Of a stretch of DNA of 64,000 nucleotides, positions 56,139-64,000 are shown piece after piece; position 1 is the stretch's first letter; each line of letters starts with the position of its first letter. Where the stretch lies: assembly GCA_965213925.1 (NCBI GenBank), contig OZ243927.1:1376001-1440000 (forward strand), in the 5' to 3' direction. The notes beneath the pieces were generated by a model. It searched no databases. It saw nothing but the letters and a program-made list of their open reading frames with translations, and had not been told where the DNA came from. This DNA comes from Trueperaceae bacterium (lineage in GTDB: Bacteria > Deinococcota > Deinococci > Deinococcales > Trueperaceae). The position numbers were made by a program, and so were the translations under genes.

Positions 56139-56843
56139 ATGTTACCTGCGGTGAATACACGCGAGCTAAATAAGGAACACGCGGGCGAACCTCTCTCTTC
56201 TCCAGCTAGGGTGCGAGCAAGAGGTCTGGAAGTCCACTACGCCCAAGACGCCCACATCGAACTGCCCGACCTGACCTTGAACGCAAACCAAGAACTCGCT
56301 TTAGTCGGTCCGAGTGGCTCGGGTAAGACGACGCTCTTACATGTCCTCGCCGGGCTTTTAGGGCCAACTAGGGGCGAGGTCGAGATTGCAGGCGAACCTC
56401 TTACAAAGATGCCGCAACGACGCCTCGAGCGCTTTCGTGCTCAGCACATCGGCTTGGTCTTCCAAGATTTGCACCTCGTTGACGGCTACACCGCTTTGGA
56501 AAACGTCATCGTCGCGCTCGCCGCTGCTGGCGTGCCCCTCGGCGAAGCAAAAGGGCGGGCGCGAGACCTCTTGAGTGACCTCGACCTGGCACACAGGTTA
56601 AACTACCTGCCCAAACGCCTCTCTACAGGCGAGCGGCAGCGCGTGGCGATTGCGCGGGCGACGGCTGCGAACCCCGTCGTCCTGTTAGCAGACGAACCCA
56701 CGGCGAACCTCGACCGTGAGCGGGGCGCGGCGGCTTTGGACCTCTTGCGCCAAGTGGCGCGGCGCTCTAACGCTGCTTTGATTGTCTCGACGCATGACCC
56801 GGCGGTGAAGGGGGCGTTTGACGAGGTGGTTGAGCTTGGGTGA
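56139..56843 (+). CDS. ABC ATP-binding protein (LolD/MacB-like)
   Basis: GPSGSGKTT, LSTGERQRVAIAR, LADEPTANLD, STHD. Confidence 0.93.
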   Translation: MLPAVNTRELNKEHAGEPLSSPARVRARGLEVHYAQDAHIELPDLTLNANQELALVGPSGSGKTTLLHVLAGLLGPTRGEVEIAGEPLTKMPQRRLERFRAQHIGLVFQDLHLVDGYTALENVIVALAAAGVPLGEAKGRARDLLSDLDLAHRLNYLPKRLSTGERQRVAIARATAANPVVLLADEPTANLDRERGAAALDLLRQVARRSNAALIVSTHDPAVKGAFDEVVELG

Positions 56844-56982
56844 GGCTCGAGTTTGTTATGCTTGTCCTACGTTATATAACGCTTCACGCTTTTCATAAGG
56901 ATGCGGCGATCGCGTATATTCTGGGAAACTTACACCACATGGGATGCTCTAGTCAAAGTCAACAACTACTGGGGAAAATGCA

Positions 56983-57414
56983 TTGGTACGTGAGATAAAT
57001 TTACCTCAATTTGACAATGCCTTAGCTTTAGATATGGGGCTCAAAATTTTGGACTTGGCAAAGAGCAGAAACCATTCTATAGCTGTGTCAATTGACCGAC
57101 TCAATCACACAGTATTTAAGTACATTTCAGATGGTTTGCCTGAAGACAAGCATGACTGGTTGAGACGCAAGGCAAATGTGGCAGTTCGTTTTGAAGAAAG
57201 CTCATTAAGCGTAAAAGAGGACCTTCAGAATGGTGGAATGTCGCTCTCAACTACTTTTGGTTTAGATGAAAAAGAGTTTGTCGCTAAAGGTGGCTCTATA
57301 CCGCTAAAAGTAGAGGGGGTAGGCTTGATAGGAGTGGTGACGGTGTCTGGCTTGTCAGATATTGAAGATCATCAACTGATCGTGGACGCCTTGCACGACT
57401 ACATTTCCCATTAG
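56983..57414 (+). CDS. GlcG/HbpS-like heme-binding (UPF0303) protein, low GC
   Basis: A..MG, W..RK.N...F..SS, GG..P..V...G..G.V.VSGL...DH; AT-rich; start uncertain. Confidence 0.8.
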   Translation: MVREINLPQFDNALALDMGLKILDLAKSRNHSIAVSIDRLNHTVFKYISDGLPEDKHDWLRRKANVAVRFEESSLSVKEDLQNGGMSLSTTFGLDEKEFVAKGGSIPLKVEGVGLIGVVTVSGLSDIEDHQLIVDALHDYISH

Positions 57415-57528
57415 TTCGCAGCGACAAACTGTTGCAATAGACTCGAAAAAGCCCCTCGCCACCGAATAGGGGCGTTGAGGCACCTTTCACTGACGTCCCA
57501 CTGACACAAACCCGCTATTTTAGAGTCT

Positions 57529-59232
57529 ATGTCCAGTCTCTCCGCCGGACTCAAGCACTTGCGTCTCACGCTCTGGGTCCTCCTGCGCTCCTTGCGAATG
57601 CGCCTCTTCGCTAACGTCTTAACCGTCGTCGCGGTGCTCTTAGGCGTCGGTTTGGCGCTGGTTGTCCCTTTGAGCCTCCGCGCTTTTCAACGCGGCGCAA
57701 CCGAGGCGGCGCAGATTTTCGACCTCTTGGTCACAGCAGAGGGCTCGCAGACCCAAGCGGTGCTGAGCACGATTTACTATCAGAACGCGCCCGTCGGTAA
57801 CATTCCGTACCGCGTCTACGCCGCGCTGAGGGATGACCCGCGTACCGAGCGGGCGGTGCCCGTCGGCTTCGGCGACAGCGTTCAGGGCTATCCGCTCGTC
57901 GGTACGACGCCTGCGTACTTCGCGCTAAGGACCGCGCCGCAAGCGCCACTTTATTATCAGCTCGAGCGAGGGACCATCTTCTCAGGTCCCTTTCAAGCTG
58001 TTCTGGGCGCACAGGTCGCTAGAGAGACGGGCTTCGACTTGGGCGACACCTTTAGAAGTGCGCACGGCGTGACCGAAACCTTCGAGCCCACTATGCACGC
58101 CGACGAGTACCGTGTGGTCGGGATTTTGGAGCCGACGGGCGGACCTTCGGACCGGGCGGTGTATACGGCGCTCGAATCCATCTGGAATTCACACGGGCAG
58201 TTTTCACCCGAAGCGGGCACGGTGGACGCGGAACATGCGTGCGCACACATGACGGGCGGGGCGGGCGAAACGCGAACGGCGAAGCTCGAGCCTGAAAATT
58301 TAGACACAGTTAGCGAGGTTCACACCCGTTACGAAGTAGGTCTGTTGGCGCTAGCGGGCGCAGACAGGGGCGGCGTGCTGCGCTTCACGGCGGATGAAGC
58401 GGCAGACTACGCCTTTTTCGCTGACCAGAGCGCTGTCCTTACTCTCACGGATGAACGTGGAGAGGCGCTCACTCCCGAACTCGTAGTTGGAGAGGACGAT
58501 ATCGAAGCGTGCCTGGATATTTTCTCGGCGCACGTTTTCCATGTCGAATCCGGCGACTATCTCTTGCAGGTCAACGCGGCAGAGCGTGACATATTGACTT
58601 TAACTATTGAAGAGGTCGGGCGTGAGGGTGAGGCGCGCACTGAAGAGGTCGCGGCTCTCACCGACCTCGCGGACGCATCACCTGGCGGGGCGGACCCCAG
58701 AGAGGTCACTGCTGTTCTCTATGCGACCGAAGATTTAGGGGCGCTCTACCAAATTGCCGGGACGCTAGACGAGCTTCCCGGCGTGCAGGCGGTTTTTCCG
58801 GGCGGTGTCATCAACGGGCTTCTGAGCTTACTCGGTCAGGGGCGGCAGACCTACGGGCTCTTGGCGAATATCATCTTAGCTTTAGCGGTCATCACGGTGG
58901 CGCTCAATACGTACGCGGGCGCGGTGCAGGCGCAGAAGAGCTTGGCGGTGTTGCGGGCGGTGGGCGTATCGCGGTCCATTGTTGCGGGAAGCGTGCTTTT
59001 AGAAGCCGCGCTGCTAAGTTTCATCGGCATCGTGCTAGGTGTGTTTGCGGCGTACTTGGGCGTCACTTTGGTCGGGCAAGTGATTCAAACCCAAGCGAGT
59101 TTGACCTTGCCCACGCCCGAGCTGAGCCGCGCGGACTGGTGGCGCGGGCTCATCCTCTTGCCGGTGGCGGTGCTTTTTGCGCTGCTGCCTGCGCTAAGGG
59201 CGGCGCAAAAGAGCCCCTTGGAGAACTTATAA
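57529..59232 (+). CDS. FtsX/MacB-like ABC permease with a large inserted extracytoplasmic domain
   Basis: DL.V.A.GS..Q.VL..IY, P..FGDS..GYP.VGT, HG, VVGIL.PTG.P.DR, LAVLRA.G; insert of roughly 140 aa. Confidence 0.88.
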   Translation: MSSLSAGLKHLRLTLWVLLRSLRMRLFANVLTVVAVLLGVGLALVVPLSLRAFQRGATEAAQIFDLLVTAEGSQTQAVLSTIYYQNAPVGNIPYRVYAALRDDPRTERAVPVGFGDSVQGYPLVGTTPAYFALRTAPQAPLYYQLERGTIFSGPFQAVLGAQVARETGFDLGDTFRSAHGVTETFEPTMHADEYRVVGILEPTGGPSDRAVYTALESIWNSHGQFSPEAGTVDAEHACAHMTGGAGETRTAKLEPENLDTVSEVHTRYEVGLLALAGADRGGVLRFTADEAADYAFFADQSAVLTLTDERGEALTPELVVGEDDIEACLDIFSAHVFHVESGDYLLQVNAAERDILTLTIEEVGREGEARTEEVAALTDLADASPGGADPREVTAVLYATEDLGALYQIAGTLDELPGVQAVFPGGVINGLLSLLGQGRQTYGLLANIILALAVITVALNTYAGAVQAQKSLAVLRAVGVSRSIVAGSVLLEAALLSFIGIVLGVFAAYLGVTLVGQVIQTQASLTLPTPELSRADWWRGLILLPVAVLFALLPALRAAQKSPLENL

Positions 59233-59238
59233 TCCTTC

Positions 59239-59751
59239 ATGCGACGCTTTTTGCTGGTCTTCTTCATCTTTGCCTCCGCGTCCGCGCAAGAGGTCGGCGA
59301 CCCCGCGCCCGACTTCGCGCTCCTTGACCGTGAAGGACAGAGGGTTTCGCTCGCCGACTTTACAGGAACACCCGCCGTGCTCAACTTCTGGGCGACGTGG
59401 TGCTTGCCTTGTGTAGAAGAGTTGCCCCTCTTGCAGCGGGCAAGTGAGGCGCTAGGCAAAGAGGGCGCGTTTTTGCTCGTCAACAATAGCGAGAGCGCAG
59501 AGGCGGCAGCGGTGTATTTAGAAGAACACGGGATTACAGTAAGGGCGGGACTCGAGCCCACCCGCCGCGAACGCGCTGAGTTGGACCTCGACACCACAAC
59601 GAATGTGCTGCGGCGCTATCAGGTGTTCGGCATCCCGACAACCATCTTTATTGATGCGGAGGGCGTAGTGCAGAGCGTCAAGACCGGACCGCTTTCGGCG
59701 TCGGACCTAGCTGAGCGGTTGGCGGAGATAGGGGTAGTATGGCGACCTTGA
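59239..59751 (+). CDS. TlpA/ResA thiol-disulfide oxidoreductase
   Basis: APDF.L, LNFWATWCLPC..E.P, G.PTT.FID. Confidence 0.93.
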   Translation: MRRFLLVFFIFASASAQEVGDPAPDFALLDREGQRVSLADFTGTPAVLNFWATWCLPCVEELPLLQRASEALGKEGAFLLVNNSESAEAAAVYLEEHGITVRAGLEPTRRERAELDLDTTTNVLRRYQVFGIPTTIFIDAEGVVQSVKTGPLSASDLAERLAEIGVVWRP

Positions 59752-59990
59752 CCGTATTTGCGCACGTCGGGAAGTTATTTAGTCGTTACTATTCGCGGTT
59801 CCATAATGTATTGAGACAGAATGCCGCAGGTATCATCACCGAATGTGTGCTAAACGTCGCTTTATACAGTGAGAGTGTCTCAAACCAGATGAAGTCGTGT
59901 GGACCGCTCCCGCTAGACCTGCTATATGCAACCTCTAAACCTGCCGAACTGCTAACGAAGGTTGAAACCAGCCTTGCTTACCTTGACTAT

Positions 59991-60766
59991 TTAATCTCTA
60001 CTCGAGTACTGCACCGAGTCAAAGAGGTCATCCGCCCCTTCGTTGACCGCGCCGATAATCGCGTTACGCACCGCGAGGTCTACGATGGTCGTGCCCTGTG
60101 CGCCCCGCTTGCAAGCCCGCGAATCACGTTCAACACGTCCACTTGCACGTTGCCCTGCGACGCCTCCGCTGTCGAACTGCCGATGGCGACGATTTCAGCC
60201 GTCGCCGCGTTTACAAAGCGTAAATCCACGGTGACTCTAGCCGTCACGATTTCCGCCGAGCCGCCCATGAGCCCGAAAAATCTGCCGTTGCCTCCCGTGG
60301 TCGAGACGCTGAACTCCGTCACGCTGCCGAAGATGAGCAGTTCCGCCCCGGTGATGCGCCCGACCTCCGCCGCCGTCTCCTTATCTACCCGCCCCGACTG
60401 CCCCAAGTCTTGCTCGAACAATATCTGCGCGAGTTGCATCCGCTCGGTGATGCGAAACTGTTCGCTACGGTAGAGTTCGCTGATGAGAATGTCGGCGACG
60501 CCCGAGCCGAGTTCGACGAAGTAGGCGTCGTCCTTGCCCTCGAGTTCTCGGCCTTTGAGCTTGAGGTTGCTCGAGCGCACCGTGAAGTTGGGAACAGCGA
60601 TGATAGGACGCTCACTGTAGGGTCTAGCGTCCAAAGCGAAGGATTCTAAGCCGGGTAAGTCAGCTAAAGCCGCCGCTCGAGCCGTCGTCTTCGCCCTTAA
60701 TTCGACGTTCTGTGAGCTAGGAGCGCAACCTGCTAAAAGAATGAGAAGGAAAACCGTTATCCGCAT
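59991..60766 (-). pseudogene. CsgG/HfaB-family lipoprotein with apparent frameshift near the 3' end
   Basis: Lipobox LAGC; F...ER..L..I..EQ, G.ITGA..I.G.VTEF, VDLR.VN..T.EI; the C-terminal helix TTIVDLAVRNAI continues in another frame to TAA at 59991. Confidence 0.75.
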
Positions 60767-60858
60767 CTTTGCGAGTATAAGTCGCCCCAAACCCTGCCCA
60801 ACATAAGAATCCCCACATCCTGTTTGCAGAATGCGGGGAGATGTGACGAATGTACACT

Positions 60859-61596
60859 TTAAGCAGATGCGTTTTGTGTCGTTTCCTTTTCGGCGCGCTG
60901 CACTTCGCTCCTACTCTGCTGCTTGGCGTCCTGCTGCTCACCATTCTCCTCATCGTTTTCTTCGTCTTCCTCTTTTTCGCGGGCCTCGAGCTTCGCCTTG
61001 ATGCGCTTGAGGACGGTTTTCTCCTCTAGCGCCCGCTGCTCTAAGACGCTCTGGATGTTCTTAATGCGCTCCTTGACGCGCGGCACGACGATCTGCTCTA
61101 AAGCGTTCACGCGGCGCGAGGTCTTTTTGATCTCCTCGCCGATGCGCCTCAGTCTCGTTTCGGTCGCAGCGACCTTGACGAGCGCTTCGGTCAACTCGCG
61201 AAACTGCGCGGCGCTGTCTAGCGTGCGCGCGCCCGCGCCGATAGGCGAGAAGGGCAGCGTGCCGTCAAAGTCGGGCGGCTGCACCTGCGGCACCTTCACG
61301 CCGAAGATGTTCTCCACCTTGATGTCCACTTCTAAGCCCGTCTGCTGCGCCAAGCTGAGCCCTTCGACCGCCTCGGGTCCGTCCCAAGCTTTTGCGAGGA
61401 AGAGGCTAAAGTACGCCTCTTGGCTCGTTTTACTGAGCGCACGCCGCGCATCTAAAGACTCCTGAACGAGGTCGAAGAACTCTGAGATGAGCGCGTCGCG
61501 CTTGCGCTTCAAGAGGTCCGCGCCTTTGTTCGCTAGGTCGAGCTGGTCGCGCTGCTGCAGGAGGTTCGAGCGGGTTGGGGCGATGTTTTCAGCCAT
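60859..61596 (-). CDS. atpD: V/A-type ATP synthase subunit D
   Basis: PTRSNL, G.DLLKRKRDAL, EIKKT.RRVNALEQ. Confidence 0.96.
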   Translation of the reverse strand: MAENIAPTRSNLLQQRDQLDLANKGADLLKRKRDALISEFFDLVQESLDARRALSKTSQEAYFSLFLAKAWDGPEAVEGLSLAQQTGLEVDIKVENIFGVKVPQVQPPDFDGTLPFSPIGAGARTLDSAAQFRELTEALVKVAATETRLRRIGEEIKKTSRRVNALEQIVVPRVKERIKNIQSVLEQRALEEKTVLKRIKAKLEAREKEEDEENDEENGEQQDAKQQSRSEVQRAEKETTQNASA

Positions 61597-61613
61597 AAAG
61601 ACTCCTTAGAGAC

Positions 61614-61682
61614 AGAAGCAAGGAGCGAGAAGCAAGAAGCTAGAACGAACTTCTTACTCCTTGCTTCTTACTCCTTGCTTCT
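61614..61682. repeat. Inverted arrays of degenerate 7-mers
   Basis: AGAAGCA AGGAGCG AGAAGCA AGAAGCT AGAA, a short loop, then TTCT TACTCCT TGCTTCT TACTCCT TGCTTCT. Confidence 0.8.
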
Positions 61683-61683
61683 C

Positions 61684-63156
61684 CTAACTTCCCCACAACT
61701 CGTCCATCTTCGCGCCGTAGTACTTGTCGATCTGGTCGCGGCTCAAGCGAGTCAGCTCGCTCTTAGGTAGCTTCGAGAGCGTTGCCCAGGCGATGTTCAA
61801 GGAGTCGTCGATGCTCCTGTCCTCGGAACCCTGGTTGATGAAGTTTTCTTCGAACTCGTCGGCGAACGCCAGGTATTTCTTATCGTTATCTGAGAGCGCG
61901 TCCTCGCCTGTAATGGCGACCAAGCGGCGCAAGTCTCGAGCGTTCGCGTACGCCGACTGAAGCTGGTCGGCGATGTTCTTGTGATCTTTGCGCGTCTTGC
62001 CCTCGCCGATGCCGTTGTTCATCAGGCGTGACAAGCTCGGACCGGGGTTGATGGGCGGATAGTAGCCCTGCGTGTGCAGGTCGCGCCCTAAGTAAATCTG
62101 ACCCTCGGTGATGTAGCCCGTCAGGTCGGGGATGGGGTGCGTCACGTCGTCGTCGGGCATGGAGAGAATGGGAAGCTGCGTGACCGAGCCCTTTTTGCCC
62201 TCGACGACGCCCGCACGTTCGTAGAGTGACGCCAAATCGGTGTAGGTGTAGCCGGGGTAGCCGCGGCGTCCTGGAATCTCTTCGCGTGCGCCGCCGATTT
62301 CGCGGAGCGCCTCGCAGTAGTTCGTCATGTCGGTCAGGATGACCAAGACGTGATAGTCGTGTTCGAAGGCGAGGTACTCGGCGGCGGTCAGCGCCATGCG
62401 CGGCGTCAAGAGGCGCTCGACGGCGGGGTCGTCCGCTTTGTTGAGGAACAAGACCGAGCGTGCCAACGCGCCCGTGCGCTCGAACTCCTGCGTGAAGAAG
62501 GTGATCTCGCGCTGGGTCACGCCCATCGCGGCGAACACAACCGCGAAGTCTGTCTCTTCGCCCTCGCCGATGACCTTCGCCTGCCGCGCGATCTGCGCCG
62601 CGAGGTCGTTCGCGGGCAGACCCGAGCCCGAGAAAATCGGGAGCTTCTGACCGCGTACGAGCGTGATGAGCGTGTCGATCGTCGAGATGCCCGTTTGGAT
62701 GAACTCCTCGGGCTTCTGGCGGGCGACGGGGTTGATCGGCGCGCCGCCAATCGGCACGCGCTTGTCCGCGACGACTTCGGGCAGACCGTCAATGGGCTCG
62801 CCGATGCCGTTGAAGCGGCGTCCGATCATCTCTTTGGAGACGCCTAGACGCGCCACGTCCTCAACGAGGGTCACGGTGGTCGTTGAAAGGTCGAGTCCAC
62901 GCGGGTCTTCGAAGACTTGAAGGGTCGTAACCTTCTCGGACACGTCGATGACTTGCCCGCCGCGGATGCGCCCATTGCCGTCCTTGATATTGACAATCGC
63001 GTTGTACGCGAGGTCGGGCGCGTTTTCTAAAAACATCAGCGGTCCGGAGATATACGAGACTTCGCTATACTCCTTCTTGAACTGCTTTTTCTTCGGCTTG
63101 CTTTCGCCGTTCGACTGATTGCCGTTGTTGCCTGTGGTTTTGTCTGAAACAGCCAC
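61684..63156 (-). CDS. atpB: V/A-type ATP synthase subunit B
   Basis: [48 protein letters not shown]. Confidence 0.98.
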   Translation of the reverse strand: MAVSDKTTGNNGNQSNGESKPKKKQFKKEYSEVSYISGPLMFLENAPDLAYNAIVNIKDGNGRIRGGQVIDVSEKVTTLQVFEDPRGLDLSTTTVTLVEDVARLGVSKEMIGRRFNGIGEPIDGLPEVVADKRVPIGGAPINPVARQKPEEFIQTGISTIDTLITLVRGQKLPIFSGSGLPANDLAAQIARQAKVIGEGEETDFAVVFAAMGVTQREITFFTQEFERTGALARSVLFLNKADDPAVERLLTPRMALTAAEYLAFEHDYHVLVILTDMTNYCEALREIGGAREEIPGRRGYPGYTYTDLASLYERAGVVEGKKGSVTQLPILSMPDDDVTHPIPDLTGYITEGQIYLGRDLHTQGYYPPINPGPSLSRLMNNGIGEGKTRKDHKNIADQLQSAYANARDLRRLVAITGEDALSDNDKKYLAFADEFEENFINQGSEDRSIDDSLNIAWATLSKLPKSELTRLSRDQIDKYYGAKMDELWGS

Positions 63157-63252
63157 TTATTCCTCCTCTGCTTTCAGCAGTTTTGTAGCCCACTGAGCGA
63201 ACCAGTGTTTTTTCTATTCGGTGCGTTATTCCATCTAGCGGGGGTGTGCGGC

Positions 63253-63291
63253 GTAGGGGCACATATTTATTACTGTATGAATCGCCCCTAC
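63253..63291. repeat. GTAG-type REP
   Basis: GTAGGGGC-N23-GCCCCTAC between atpA and atpB. Confidence 0.65.
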
Positions 63292-63293
63292 TA

Positions 63294-64000
63294 TTAAGCC
63301 GCCACTGCAAAGGCGTTATCGAGTTGCTCCAAGGTCTCTTCCTTGTAAGCGTCAAACTCGTCTTCCGGCACGTAACGGGCGCGGTTCAACCTCTCGATGA
63401 CCTCGTCGCCTAAGATATCGTCTACGGTTGCGCCCTCTTCGATAGCTTTGCGGGCGGTGTCGTTGAACTTGATCATCATCTCCAACATCCCGTGCGCCTT
63501 ACTTAGTGAGCACGAAGCGTCCACCTCGTCGAAGCCGTTCTGCTGCAAGAAGTCTTGGCGCAAGATGCGGCCTACCTCGACGACGAGGCGCTCTTGGTCT
63601 TGGAGCGCGTCGGGACCGACGAGCTGCACGACCTCTTGCAAGTCGGACTCGCGCTGCAAGAGGTTCACGGCGCGCTCCCTTAGCTCGGGGAAGTCCTCAG
63701 CGACATTCTCGCGGTACCAGTCCTCCAAGGTGTCCGTGAAGAGCGAGTACGAGCGGTTCCAGTTGATGGCGGGGAAGTGGCGGCGGCGTGCGAGCGACGC
63801 GTCGAGCGCCCAGAAGCAACCCGTGATGCGCAAGGTGGACTGCGTGACCGGCTCTGAGAAGTCACCGCCTGCGGGCGAAACCGCGCCGATGATCGAGACG
63901 GCACCCTGCTCGTCGGTGAGCGTGGTGACGCGGCCGCCGCGCTCGTAGAAGGCGGCTAGGCGCGACGCCAAGTAGGGTGGGTAGCCCTCTTCGGCGGGCA
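63294..64000 (-). CDS. atpA: V/A-type ATP synthase subunit A, 3' part (truncated by the window edge)
   Basis: [54 protein letters not shown]. Confidence 0.98.
   Translation of the reverse strand, partial: PAEEGYPPYLASRLAAFYERGGRVTTLTDEQGAVSIIGAVSPAGGDFSEPVTQSTLRITGCFWALDASLARRRHFPAINWNRSYSLFTDTLEDWYRENVAEDFPELRERAVNLLQRESDLQEVVQLVGPDALQDQERLVVEVGRILRQDFLQQNGFDEVDASCSLSKAHGMLEMMIKFNDTARKAIEEGATVDDILGDEVIERLNRARYVPEDEFDAYKEETLEQLDNAFAVAA

Noticed and set aside
56865..56885. CGTTATATAACG palindrome as an RDRM
   Set aside because: Spacing is one base off and the outer arms do not match; it lies in a low-GC insert
59739..60473. 244-aa plus-strand ORF
   Set aside because: Mostly antisense to the CsgG-like gene, plus an AT-rich relic; no motif

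Overview
GC-rich (about 60% by eye) bacterial chromosomal segment, most likely Deinococcota (Truepera-like). This is inferred from the V/A-type ATP synthase, the Deinococcus-type MinC start, an ATA-start infC and many apparently leaderless TAnnnT-N5-7-ATG starts. Housekeeping genes are recA, infC-rpmI-rplT, tRNA-Arg(CCT), minC and atpA/B/D. Metabolic modules are a Rieske oxygenase + sarcosine-oxidase-like + LysR unit, DhaK/DhaL, a Pat-type acetyltransferase, a penicillin acylase and a cyclase. Larger loci are a roughly 20-kb surface-glycan locus (28.8-48.8 kb: GT4, Wzy/WaaL-like, AsnB, Wzx, two GT-C-like proteins, an aryl-sulfate sulfotransferase, an LPG-synthase-like flippase, GT2) wrapped around two divergent lipoprotein genes, and an alkaline phosphatase + Zrg-like ABC cluster. 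Mobile and repeat DNA comprises one intact IS982-family element with a 7-bp TSD, an ISAs1 remnant, a MITE-like family, GTAG-type REPs and several gene relics. The most notable unexplained signals are: (1) Thr-Gly-Gly repeat linkers in several unrelated exported proteins, plus a shared unrecognised C-terminal domain in the two lipoproteins inside the glycosylation/sulfation locus (candidate protein O-glycosylation system); (2) two promoter-to-terminator small RNA candidates; (3) strong over-representation of (GAGG)CTCGAG, which also marks junctions of low-GC inserts; (4) a rhodopsin helix-G-only relic; (5) 11-bp-period TGACA boxes. All functional calls are from motif recognition by eye; no database searches were run.
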